Shown here one piece after another: positions 12,971-25,261 of a stretch of DNA of 64,000 nt. The notes beneath the pieces are model-generated. The model made no database searches. It was given only the letters and a program-made list of their open reading frames with translations, and was not told where the DNA came from. Position 1 is the stretch's first letter. Every line of letters begins with the position of its first letter. Made by a program: the position numbers and the translations under genes. Origin of the DNA: Squalus acanthias (taxonomy: Eukaryota); the NCBI GenBank assembly GCA_030390025.1, contig JASTWF010000033.1:4838001-4902000 (forward strand), read 5' to 3'.

Positions 12971-14990
12971 TAAGAACATAAGAACATAAGAAATTGGAGC
13001 AGGAGTAGGCCATTTGGCCCTTCGAGCCTGCTCCACCATTCAATGAGATCATGGCTGATCTTCTGCCTCAATTCCATTCACCGGCCTTATCGCCATATCC
13101 CTTGATGCCCTTACTAGTCAGAAATCTATCGACCTGTTTTGAATATACCCAATGACTGAGCATCCACAGCCCTCTGGGGTAGAGAATTCGAAAGATTTAC
13201 CACCCTCTGTGTGAAGAAATTTCTTCTTATCCTTGTCCTGAATGGCCTACCCTTTATCCAAAGGCTGTGGCCCCCGGTTCTAGACTCCCCAGCCAAGGGA
13301 AACATTCTCCCAGCAGCCACCCTAACAAGCCCTGTAATAATTTTGTATGCTTCAATGAGAACCCCTCTCATTCTTCTGAATTCAAGAGAATACAGGCCTA
13401 GTTTACCCAATCTCTTCTCATACGACAGATCCGTCATCCCAGGAATAAATCTCGTGAACCTTCGTTGCACTCCCTCGATGGCAAGTATATCCTTCCTTAT
13501 GTAAGGAGACCATAATTGTACACAGTACTCCAGGTGTGGTCTCACCAAGGCCCTATAGAACTGGAGGAAGACTTCTTTACTCCTGTACGCAAGTATCGTC
13601 TTGTAATGAAGGCCAGCATACCATTTGCCTTCCTAATGGTTTGCTGCACCTGCACATTCACTTTCAGTGACTCATGTACAAGGACACCCAGGTACCTTTT
13701 GAGCATCTGCATTCCCCAATCTTTCACCATTTAGGAAATACTCTGCCTTTCCGTTTTTTCGACCAAAGTGGATAACTTCACATTTATCCTCATTATAATC
13801 CATCTGCTATGTTCTCGCCCACTCACTGAGCCTGTCGACATCCCCTTGAAGCCTCTTCAGATCATCTTCGCAACTGACACTGCCACCTAGCTTTGTGTCA
13901 TCAGCAAATTTGGAAATGTTACATTTAGTCACATCATTCAAATCATTGATATAGATTGTGAATAGCTGGGGCCCAAGCACCGATCCTTGCGGTACCCCAC
14001 TAGTAACAGCCTGCCATCCTGAAAAAGACTAATTTATCCCTACTCTGTTTCCTGTCTGTTAATCAATTCTCAATCCATGCTAGTATATTACCCCCAATTC
14101 CAAGTGCCCTAATTTTTTTCACCAACCTCTTGTGTGGGACCTTATCGAAGGCCTTCTGAAAATCCAAATGCACCACATCTACCGGTTCCCCTTTGTCTAC
14201 TCCAGTAGTTACATCCTCAAAGAACTCCAATAGGTTTGTCAAACAGGCCTTCCCTTTCATAAAACCATATTGACTCTGCCCAATCTTACTATTAGTTTCT
14301 AAGTGCCCAGTTATTGCATCCTTTATAATAGATTCCAGCAGTTTCCCAACGACTGATGTGAGACTAGCAGGTCTGTAGTTCCCCTTTTCTCTCTCCCTCC
14401 TTTCTTAAAAAGCGGTGTTACATTTGCTATCCTCCAATCTGGAGGAACCATTCCCGAATCTATAGAATTTTGGAAGATGACAACCAATGCGTCCACTATC
14501 CCAATGGCCATCTCTTTCAAAACCCGAGGATGTCGGTCATCCGGTCCTTGGGATTTATTAACTTTTAGTCCCATTAATTTTGCTAATACTGTTTTTTTAC
14601 GAATAATAATTTCATTATGTACTTCATTCTCGACACACCCTTGGTTTTATTGTATTTCTGGGAGGTTTTTTGTGTCTTCCTCCGTGAAGACAGAAACAAA
14701 GTATTTATTTAATTTCTCTGACATTTCCTCATTCCCCATTATAAATTCTCCCGTCTCTGACTGTAAAGGATCTGCATTTACCTTCGCCAGTCTTTGCATT
14801 TTCACATACCTATAGAAGTTTTACAATCCGTTTTTATATTTTTCGCTAATTTGTGCTCATATTCCATTTTCCCTTTCTTTATCCATTTCTTGGTCCCCCT
14901 TTGCTGATTTCTAAAAGATCCCAATCCTCAGGCTGACTGTGTTTTCTGGCAACTTTATAAGCTCCCTCCTTTTACTTAATACTAGCTTTA
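12971..14990 (-). mobile_element. CR1 LINE, 5'-truncated and frameshifted
   Basis: Fragments GPDDRHPRVLKE, CLTNLLEFFED, LDFQKAFDKVPH, VRPHLEYCVQLWSP; (ttcttatg)n tail at 12971-12992. Confidence 0.95.
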
Positions 14991-14994
14991 ATTT

Positions 14995-16390
14995 ATTAAA
15001 AAAGACAATGCTGAAAACACTCAGCGGGTCAGGCAGCATCTGTGCAGAGAGAATCAGAGTGAACATTTCAGGTCCATGACCTTTGATCAGAACTGGACGA
15101 TTCCAGATATTATCAGTATTAAAGCAATGATAGCGTCACAGAAAAGCGCTTTAGCATAAGGATAGAAAAAATAGGAATCTCTGTGATTGGTTGGAGGGCA
15201 GGAGTGATTCAATGACTAAAGGGATGATGGTGCAAGGCGAATGGGACAATTAAAGAAACAGAAGATGGGTCTAGAGGAGGTGTAAATGGTTACAGCAGAA
15301 TAACAAGGGGGAGGGGTAGTAGAGCACATGTGGCGGACAAAGTTGGGTAGACCCCAGGTGTTTGGGCCAGCCCGCTGGCCGTGTACCGGGATCGCCACCC
15401 CAAGCCCCAGCCCAAACCTCCTCCACTCCCAGTGGCTCTGGTGGAGCCATCCTCCATTACCAGCACATGTCGTCCGAGAAAACGGGAGCGGAGTTTATGA
15501 TCTGAAGTTTTTAAACTTAGTGTTGAATCCGGCAAGCAATAAAATGCCGAATCGAAAAATAAGGCGCTGTTCCTCATTGAGTTTAAAATGGGAACAGTGC
15601 AGGAGGCCGAGAACAGAGAGTTCAGAATGGGAGTGGGATGTAGAATTAAAGTGGGAAGTGACCTGAAGCTCTGGATCACACTTGTGGACTGAACGGAGGC
15701 GTTCAGCAAAGCAATCACTCAATCTGTGCTTAGTCCACCCAATGTACAGGAGACTGGATCGTGGAAGCGAGTATGATTTACTGAATTGGTGGAAGTACAA
15801 GTAAATTAGTCTTTCACGTGGATGGAATGTTTGGGGCCTTGGCTGGTGGGAAGGAAAGATGGGAAAGGGCAGCTGTTGCATCTCCTGTGCTTGCATAGGA
15901 AGGTGCCGGGGAAGGGGAGCCGATGTTAGTGGTGATGGAAGAGTGTACCAGAGTGCTGCGAGGGCCGGGGGGATGGGAGTGCAGGGGAAGATAGGTTTGT
16001 TGTTGGCCTTAGCTGGACATGATGGAAATGGCAGAGGATGATCCGTTGAATGTGAAGGCTGGTGCAGTGGAAGCTGAGGACAAGAGGTGATGGGAGCAAT
16101 GCAGATTGACACGGTCGAGTGCCCTGTCATTCACAATGGAGGTGAATACTCGGCTGAGGAAATATGAAAACATTTCAGAAGCACTGGTGTGAAAGGTGGC
16201 ATCGTCAGAACATATGCAACGGTGGCGGAGAAAATTTGAGAATAGAATATAGCCCTTCCAGGATGCCGGGTGGGAGGAAGTCTACTCAAGATTCCTGTGG
16301 GAGTTGGTGGGATTATAGTAGTTATTGGTGGATGGCCTAGACCCTGAAATGAAGATCGAGAAGTCGAGGAAGGGAATGGAAGATCACTGT
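14995..16390 (-). mobile_element. Penelope-like element, 3' part (GIY-YIG endonuclease and pLTR-type end), degraded
   Basis: LYIG.TK.RL.D.FAE.LRSV...VTSHFNS.SHS..ELSVLGLLHC..EEQRLIFRFG.L...GFN; end gatgctgcctgacccgctgagt shared with the copy at 36.6-38.4 kb. Confidence 0.88.
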
Positions 16391-16391
16391 G

Positions 16392-18530
16392 GTTCACCAT
16401 TTAAATGTTATTCCTGTATTTAAAATGGAAGATAGAACAATTCCATGGATCTACAGACCAGTTAGCATAACGTCGATGGTAGGAAAGTTAATGGAATCCT
16501 TACTCAAAGATGTAACAGGAAAACATCTAGAAACACAAAAGATAATAACGAGTAGTCAGCAGGTTTTCCAAAAGGGAATCATAGAATGGTTACCGCACAG
16601 AAGGAGGCCATTCGGCCTGTCGAGCCCGTGCTCACTCTCTGCACATGCACTGCAGCTAATCCCAATCCCCGCCCTTTCACCGTAGCCCTGCAATTATTTT
16701 CCTTCAGGTACTTATCCCATTTCCTTTTGAAAGCCACGATTGAATCTGCCTCCACCACCCTTTCAGACAGTACATTACAGTTCATAACCCAACGCTGCCT
16801 TAAAAAGTTTTTCCTCATGTCACCTTTGGATCTTCAGCACAGCAGCAAAAACCTGTGCCCTCTGGTTCTTGACCGTTCTACCAATGGGAACAGCTTCTCT
16901 CTATCTGCTCTGTCTACTCTGTCTGGAACCCTCATGATTTTGATCACCTCTATCAAATCTCCTCTCAATCCTTTCTGCTATACTGAGAACAACCCCAGCT
17001 TCTCTAGTATATCTACATAACTGAAGTCCCTCATCCCAGGAAACATTCTTGTGAATCTTTTCTGCACCCTCTCTAAAGCCTTCATGCCCCTTCCTAAAGT
17101 GCGATGTCCAGAATTGGACATAATACTCCAGTTATGGCCGAACCAATGTTTCATAAATGTTTATCATAATTTATTTGCTTTTGTACTCTATGACTCTATT
17201 TATAAAGCTCAGATTCCAGTAAGCATTTTTAACCGCTTTCTCAATTTGCCCTGCCACATTCAACGATTTTTGTACATGTACCCCCGGGTCCATCTGTTCC
17301 TGCACCCACTTTGGAATGTCTTGCTTGAGTAACCTTCGTGAATTCTTTGAATAAGTATCAGAAAGATTAGATAAGGGTTATGCAGGAGATATATTTGATT
17401 TTTTAAAGCCATTCGATAAGGGACCAAATAGCAGACTGAATCACAGAGCAAGTGGAGTTAGGAGACAAGCAGCAGAATTGATAGCAAGATGGCTGCAAGA
17501 ACAGAAAATAGGGAGTAGTGGATAAAGGTATTTACTCAGATAGGTGGATGGTGAGAAGTGATGTTCCACAAGGATCGGCGTTGCAATCATTGTTGTTCAC
17601 CATTTTCATATATTGAATCGGGAAGCAGAAGAACAAATTCAAAATTTGCAGATGAATCCAAATTGGAAGTACAGTTAATACAGAGGAAGAATGCAGCAGA
17701 ATACCGGCAGACATTAATACACTTGCAGAAAGGGCGTTTAAATGGCAAATTAATTTCAATATAGCTAAGTGAGAGGTACTGCATTTTGGTAGGAAGAATA
17801 AGGTTCCCAAGTGCTCCTTGGAAATCAGAGTGGGAATGGGGTAGAGGGGTACCGGTAACAAATCATTTAAAGTAGCAACGCATATTAACAAGTCCATAAA
17901 CATGGAAACAATGCACTGGGGTTCATTTCTAGAAGAACTGAATCGTAAAGCAAAGAGGTTAGATTAAACTTATATCGAAACTTGGTTATACCACACTGAG
18001 CGTACTGTATGCAGTTCTGATCTCCATATTACATAAAGGATTGTATGGCTCAGGAGAAAGTGCAATATTTTTACAAGGATGACACCAGAACTGAGACATT
18101 ATAAACATCAGGAAATATTGAACAGGCTGGGGCTCCTTTCTTTACAAAAGAGAAGGCAGAGGGGTGGCCGAATAGAGGCCTTTAAATTTTGAAGGGGTAA
18201 CATCGGGTAGATGTTTATACTTGTGACGTGAGTGCAAAATTGGAGATTATCGATAAAGGATAGTCGCTAATAAATCCAATACGGATTTGAGGAGAAATGT
18301 CTTTACTCAGAGATTGGTTAGAATGTGGAACTCGCTACAGCTTGGAGTACTTAAGGCGAATAGCAGAGATGCATTTAAGGGGAAGCGAGACAAGTACACG
18401 AGGTAGAAAGCAGTGGAAGGTTATGCTGATAGGGTTTGATGAAGAGGGGTGGGAGGAGGCGCCTGTGGAGCATAAACACTGGTATAACCTAGTAGGGCCT
18501 AATGGCCTGTTTTGTGCTGTAAATTCGAAG
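16392..18530 (+). mobile_element. Old, highly degraded CR1 interrupted by a second CR1 (16578-17328)
   Basis: YRPVSITSMVGKLMES...QKG(K)S resumes as CLSNLREFFE after 17329; SKFADESKL; 3' UTR motif near 18500. Confidence 0.8.
16578..17328 (-). mobile_element. CR1 3' fragment
   Basis: MRKNFLRQRWV..CN.L.ERVVEADSIVAFKR; ggccgaatggcctccttctgtgc..ccattctatga 3' end on the minus strand. Confidence 0.85.
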
Positions 18531-18579
18531 GAGTTCTCCGTAACTTGAGTACAAATTAATCACATTCATCAGTTCATTT

Positions 18580-19968
18580 TCCGGTAGTGTGGAAAATGCT
18601 AGAGTCCATTATAAAAGATGTAATGGCAGAGCACTTGGAAAATAGTGACACGTTCGGACAAAGTCAACATGGATGTACAAAAGGCAAATCGTGCTTGTCT
18701 AATCTACTGGGATTTTTTGAGGATGTAATTGGGAAAATAAATAAGGGAGAACCAGAGGATGTGGTGTATTTGGACTTTCAGAAGGCTGTCTATAAGGTCC
18801 CGCATAATAGATTGCGTGTAAAGTTAAGGCACATGGGATTGGGGGCAAGGTATTGACTTGCATAAATAATTGGTTGGCAGACAGAAAGCAAAGAGTTGGA
18901 ATAAATGGGTCTTTTTCTGAGTGGCAGGCGATGACTAGTGGGGTACTGCAGGGATCAGTCCTAAGACCCCAGCTATTCACAATATATATTAATGATCTGG
19001 ACGATGGAATTGGATGTAATATATCCAAGTTTGCAGACGACACAAAGCTGGGTGGGAGTGGGTGCTGTGAGGAGGATCCCGAGAAACTCCAGTACGATTT
19101 GGACAGGTTGGGGGATTGGGCAGAAGCATGGCAGATGCAATATAATGTGGATAAATGCAAGTTTATCCACTTTGGTGTCAAAAACGGGAAGGCAGATTAT
19201 TATCTGAATGGCAATAGATTGGGTGAAGGGGAACTGCAACGAGACCTGGGTGTCCCTGTGCACCAATCGCTGAAGGTAAGCATGCAGGTGCAGCAGGCGG
19301 TTAAGAAGGCAAATGGTATGTTGGCCTTCGTAGTGAAAGGGTTCGAGTACAGGAACAAGGATGTCTTGCTGCAGTTGTACAGGGCCTTGGTGAGACCACA
19401 TCTTCAGTATTGTGTGCAGTTTTGGTCGCCTTATCTGAGGAAGGATTTTCTTGCCATGGAGGGAGTGCAGCGAAGATTCACCAGGCTGATACCCGGTATG
19501 GCAGGAATGGCGTATGAGGAGAGATTGGGTTGATTGGGCTTATACTCAATGGAGTTTAGAAGAATGAGAGAGGATCTCATTGAAACTTATAACATTCTAA
19601 CAGGACTAGACAGACTAGATGCAGGAAGGATGTTCCCGATGGCCGGGGAGTCCATAACCAGGGGTCACAGTCTAAGGATAAGGGGTGAGCCATTTAGGAC
19701 TGAGATGAGGAGGAATTTATTCATCCAGAGAGTGGTGAACCTGTGGAATTCTCTACCACAGAAGGCAGTAGAGGCCAATTCATTAAATATATTCAAGAAG
19801 GAGTTAGATATATTTCTTAAAACTAAAGGGATCAAGGGATATGGGGAGAAAGCAGGGACAGGGTACTGAGTTTGGATGATCAGCCATGATCTCATTGAAT
19901 GGCCGAACAGGCTCAAGGGGCTGAATGGTCTACTCCTGCTCCTATCTTCTATGTTTCTATGTTTCTAT
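18580..19968 (+). mobile_element. CR1 LINE, 5'-truncated RT and 3' UTR
   Basis: GKSCLSNLLGFFED, QGSVLRPQLF, FADDTKLGG, LVRPHLQYCVQFWSP; (tttctatg)n tail. Confidence 0.95.
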
Positions 19969-20536
19969 TTACTCATTGCGGATATTGAAGTGTTTTATTT
20001 ATTGAAGCATTATCCGATATATTACATTATTATCAATTTATTAATGCTATTATTTACTGCCCCCGGGGCTGATATCTGTATTGTGAAAACCCGATATGCA
20101 TGTTCTTCAGTTATACGTTTTCCTCCTCGCAGGGACTCACCTCACTGAGCTAAGGCCAGAGATCGTTGCAGGTTACCTGTGTAGAGACTCTGAATCAGAA
20201 ATAAGAACTGGTTCGCCAAATCTTAATCAGTTACAGAGGTGGAACAATCAATAACCACAGCCTGTCATCCTGTCTAACGGTAACATAATGAAATTCAGGA
20301 CTCATGACCCACAGATTCTCAGGAATGTGGTGGCGGAAGGGGATTAATCAGCACCAAAACAATTAAAGTGTTTACAATAACTATACATAGAGTCAGAATA
20401 AGTCATTATACAGAGGATTTGAATACTGTAACACTGCTATCCTTCTGTTTACCTGTAAGTAATTAGTTAACATCTGTTTCTGTTGGAGCAGTTCATAGGA
20501 AACAAAGCATTATCAATACATTTCACCTTATATATG

Positions 20537-21035
20537 AACATAAGTTCATAAGAAACATTAGCAGGAGTAGGGCATACAGCCCCTCGAGCCAGCTCCGACA
20601 TTCAATAAGATCATGGCTGATCATCGACCTCAAAAGCCCTTTCCTGCCCGATCTCCATATCCCTTGATTCCCCGAGAGTCCAAAAATCCATCTATCTCAG
20701 TCTTGAATATATTCAAAGACTCAGCATTCAAAGGCCTCTGGGCAGAGAATTCCAAAGTTTCACAACCCTCTGAGTGAAGAATACCCTTCTCATCTCAGTC
20801 TCAAATGGCCTACCCCTTATCCTGAGACTGTGCCCCATAGTTCTCGACACTCCAGCCAGGGAAAACAACCTCTCAGCATCTAGCCATGGCCATCCCCTTC
20901 AGAATCTTGTATGTTTCAATGAGATCACCTCTCATTCTTCTAAACTGCAGAGAGTATAGGCCCAATCTGCACGATCTCTCATCATAGGACAGCCCTCTCA
21001 TCCCAGGAATCAATCTCGTGAAACTTCGCTGCACG
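20537..21035 (-). mobile_element. CR1 3' fragment
   Basis: VQRSFTRLIPGMRGLSY...RMRGDLIETYKIL plus CR1 3' UTR. Confidence 0.9.
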
Positions 21036-21180
21036 CCCCATTTGCTTATAACCAAACTTCTTCAACCAACAGCTTAAATCTTCCTCTTTGCCATAGATGA
21101 CTTTGGGAAAACACAAATGCAGCTCTATGAAGGGGATAGATCAGTTATCTAAAACAATAATTTCAATTTGGAAACGACTT

Positions 21181-21830
21181 GTTCCACTCCGGTTAGTGAC
21201 CCACATTCAGTACAATTCTACAGTGACAGATACTCCCAGTAATACATGGCCACTGGGGTCAGGTGTTCCACTCCGGTTAGTGACCCACACTCAGTACAAT
21301 TCTACAGTGACAGATACTCCCAGTAATACATGGCCACTGGGGCCAGGTGTTCCACTCCGGTTAGTGACCCACATTCAGCACAGATCTACAGTGACAGATA
21401 CTCCCAGTAATACATGGCCACTGGGGTCAGGTGTTCCACTCCGGTTAGTGACCCACATTCAGCACAGTTCTACAGTGACAGATACTCCCAGTAATACATG
21501 GCCACTGGGGTCAGGTGTTCCACTCCGGTTAGTGACCCACACTCAGTACAATTCTACAGTGACAGATACTCCCAGTAATACATGGCCACTGGGGTCAGGT
21601 GTTCCACTCCGGTTAGTGACCCACACTCAGTACAATTCTACAGTGACAGATACTCCCAGTAATACATGGCCACTGGGGTCAGGTGTTCCACTCCGGTTAA
21701 TGACCCACACTCAGTAGTTCTACAGTGAAAGATACTCCCAGTAATATATGGCCACTGGGGTCATGTGTTGCACTCCAGTTAGTGACCCACACTCAGTAGC
21801 TCTACAGTGACAGTCCCTTCCACTAATACC
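21181..21830. repeat. 84-bp tandem repeat (about 7.5 copies), intronic
   Basis: Near-identical units start at 21181, 21265, 21349, 21433, 21517, 21601 and 21685. Confidence 0.95.
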
Positions 21831-22131
21831 TTCTCTCAGAGAGTTGCTACACTGAGGTCTGATTCAACAGTACACAATATTACACTAAAGGCAATAACTT
21901 CATAACACAGCGAGTCCGTGAGTTACAAAAAGAGTTTTAATTTCAGTTGAGGCAATGGAATAAAACCTCAGAAGTAATTCAGGTCAGTTGACTAAACAAA
22001 ATGTTATCACTGATCGGGTGTCTGTATAACAGTGACCACTAGATCAGGATGTAACATTATCAGTCTCAGAGAAAAACCAGAGACCAGCTCACACACAGAT
22101 TTACACAACTTCACTGGTTATAATCACTTAC

Positions 22132-22198
22132 CAGGAACACCAATGACGGCAATGATCATGCAGCATATTTTCAGGATACCTTCAATTGACTGAAGCAT
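22132..22198 (-). CDS. Exon 1 of the same GPCR (MLQSIEGILKICCMIIAVIGVP plus 1 nt)
   Basis: ATG at 22198, 22 codons plus G, then consensus donor GTAAGT (22131-22126). Phase 1 joins exon 2 as G|TG AAT (V-N) and completes TM1 IIAVIGVPVNLLAIVIL; spliced product 350 aa. Confidence 0.85.
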
Positions 22199-22284
22199 TT
22201 TCTGTGTGAAGCGATGTGTCCCTTCGTGCTGTAGACAATCTCTCGGAATTATACTCTGCGGCGGTACATTCCCAGAGTCTTTCA

Positions 22285-22290
22285 TTTATA
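22285..22290 (-). promoter_or_regulatory. Candidate TATA box of the GPCR gene
   Basis: GGTATAAATG on the minus strand about 90 bp upstream of the exon 1 ATG, in non-repeat sequence. Confidence 0.55.
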
Positions 22291-22630
22291 CCTGCCGGAT
22301 CTCCACGAGAACATTGAGGTTGCAACATCGCTGAATATACTACTTAAAAAACATTTGAACAAACAGATGACGACAGCCGAGTTAATTCCCTGTTGTGATG
22401 GAATATATTCGTGCTGAGATTGAAATTGAAAACCCCAAAGACCGGAGAATTCTGGTCACATGAATTAACTAATGACAATTGCCAGCTGTATTCTCCCAGC
22501 AATAGGGTTGTTGTTTCAAACACGACCAGGCCCATCTCTAGACCTCATATTGTTTCAGTGATGTCCTTCACTCTGCTGTGGCCATTCAGTAATTAAATTC
22601 CAAATGTTAGAGTGTCCTCTCAGTGCTGTT

Positions 22631-25180
22631 ACATAGATACATAGATACATAGATACATAGAAGATAGGAGCAGGAGTAGGCCATCCGGCCCTTCGAGCCT
22701 GCTCCGCCATTTAATGAGATCATGGCTGATCCTCCAATTCAGTATCCCGTCCCCGCCTTCTCTCCGTAACCCTTAACCCCTTTTGCCTGTAGAAATACAT
22801 CTAATTCCCTCTTAAATATATTTAATGAGCTGGCGTACACTGCCCTCTGTGGCAATGAGTTCCACAGGTTCACCACCCTCTGAGTGAAGAAATTCCCCCT
22901 CATTTCTGTCCTAAATGGTTTAGCCCTTATCCTTAAATTATATCCTCTAGTTCTGTTCTCACCCGCCAAGGGAAACATTCCTTCTGCATCTAGTCTGTCT
23001 AGACCTGTCAGAATTTTATACACTTCTATGAGGTCCCCTCTCAATCTTCTAAACTCCAGTGTGTACATCCCTAAACTACATAGTCTCTCCTCATAGGTCA
23101 ATCCCGCCATTCCTGGTATCAGCCTGGTGAATCGCCGCTGCACCCCCTCCATGGCAAGAACATCTTTCCTCAGATGAGGCGACCAAAACTGTACACAGTA
23201 CTCGAGGTGTGGTCTCACCAGTGCCCTGTACAGCTGCAGCAAGGTATCCCTGTTCCTGTATTCCAACCCTTTTGCTATGAAGGCCAGCATACCGTTTGCC
23301 TTCTTGATCGCCTGTTGCACCTGCATGCTCGCCTTCAGTGACTGGTGTACAAGAACACCCAGGTCTCTCTGTACTTCCCCCTCTCCCAATTTATTGCCAT
23401 TTAAATAATAATTTGCCCTCCCGTTCCTGCACCCAAGGTGGATAACTTCGCACTTGTCCACATTATAGTGCATCTGCCATTTATCCGCCCAATCACCCAG
23501 TCTGTCCAAATCGCTCTGGAGCTTCCTGGTCTCCTCCTCTGAGCCCACCCCCCCTCCTAGTTTAGTGTCGTCTGCAAATTTGGAAATGCTGCATCCGACT
23601 CCCTGATCCAGGTCATTAATGTAAATTGTGAACAGCTGGGGACCCAGGACAGATCCCTGTGGTACCCCACTTGTTACTGCCTGCCATTCAGAAAATGAGC
23701 CGTTTATTCCAACTCTCTGTTTTCTATCTGACAGCCAGTTCTCTATCCACGTCAATACTTTCCCCTTTATCCCATGAGCTTCAATTTTCCCTGCTAATCT
23801 TTTATGTGGGACCTTATCGAAGGCCTTTTGGAAGTCCAGGTACACCACATCTACTGGCTCTCCCCCATCTATTTTACCAGTTACTCCCTCAAAAAATTCC
23901 AATAGATTAGTCAAGCACGATTTACCCTTTGTAAATCCATGTTGACTCTGTCCTATCCTGTCCCCATTTGCTAAGTGCTCCGCTATTTCATCCTTAATGA
24001 TGGACTCCAGCATTTTGCCCACAACTGATGTAAGGCTTACAGGTCTGTAATTACCTGCTTTTTCCCTACCCCCCTTTTTGAATAGTGGGGTAACGTTAGC
24101 TACCCTCCAATCCATGGGCACTGTTCCCGAGTCTAATGAATTCTGAAAAATCATACTTAGTGCATCCGCTATCTCTAGGGCCACCTCCTTCAGCACCCTA
24201 GGATGCATGTTATCAGGCCCTGGGGATTTGTCCGCCTTCAATCCCTTTAGCTTCCTTAACACCATATCCTTAGAGATATTGACTTGCGTCAGTTCCTCCT
24301 TTGCAAATGTCCCTATTTTTCCCGATATCCCAGGGAGGTTTTTTGTGTCTTCCTTCGTAAAGACTGACCCAAAGTATGCATTTAGTTGGTCTGCCATTTC
24401 CTTATTTCCCGTTATATATTCCCCCGTATCTGACTGCAATGGGCCAACTTTGGTTTTCACCAGTCTTTTCCTCTTGATATACTTATAAAAGCTTTTGGAG
24501 TTAGTTTTTATATTTTCCGCCAGCTTGCTTTCTTAAGCTATTTTGCCCCTCTTGATTAAGCCCTTTGTCCTCCTTTGCTCTATCTTAAACTGTTCCCAAT
24601 CTTCCGCTCTGGCGCTTTTTTTGGCTATTTTATACGCCCTATCTTTGGATTTTATGCTGTCTCTAATTTCCCCTGTTATCCACGGTTGAGTCACCTTTTT
24701 AGATTTCCTTTTATGCCAGATTGGTATAAACAATTTTTGCAATTTTGTCATTCTATCTTTAAATGTTTATTGTTTATCTACCTCCAGTCCTCCCAGGAAC
24801 GTTGTCCAATCAGACCTACTCAGTTCCCGTCTAATGGCATCATAATTCCCCTTGTTTAAATTCAGGACCTTAGTATCTGAGTCAATTTCTTCGCTCTCCA
24901 TTTCGAGTGAGAAATCGATCATGTTATGATCGCTCTGACCCAAGGGTCCCCGTACAACAAGATTACTAATTAGTCCCTTCTCATTGCACAGTACCCAGTC
25001 CAATATAGCCTGTTCCCGAGTTGGTTCCTCGACATATTGATCCAGATAACCATCCCTTAAACACTCAAGGAATTCCTCCTCCTCATTATTTTTACTGATT
25101 AGGCTATTCCAATCTATATGTAAGTTAAAGTCACCTATGATGACAGCTGTGCTCTTATTGCACGCTTCTCTAATTTCCCT
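22631..25180 (-). mobile_element. Young CR1 LINE, 5'-truncated within the endonuclease; ORF2 in one frame with two in-frame stops (24767 and 24533)
   Basis: 573-aa open RT/C-terminal ORF 22739-24460 is in frame with ORFs 24533-24751 and 24767-25003; perfect (tctatgta)n tail at 22631-22660. Confidence 0.96.
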
Positions 25181-25261
25181 GTTCTACTGCACTCTGGGAT
25201 GGGGCTGTCCGCCTTAACTGTGGCCATTTAGTTAAACAATTAAAGTGGGAAATTTGTGTCG

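Noticed and set aside
15300..15475. GC-rich insert in the Penelope with agcacatgt direct repeats
   Set aside because: No TIRs or recognisable family, and the boundaries could not be fixed by eye.
21097..21717. 206-aa ORF of 28-aa repeats; also a CRISPR-like appearance
   Set aside because: Pure 84-bp tandem repeat with no unique spacers, no cas genes and a eukaryotic context.
22739..24460. Active or domesticated reverse transcriptase gene
   Set aside because: 5'-truncated CR1 with two upstream in-frame stops; the open frame reflects youth.
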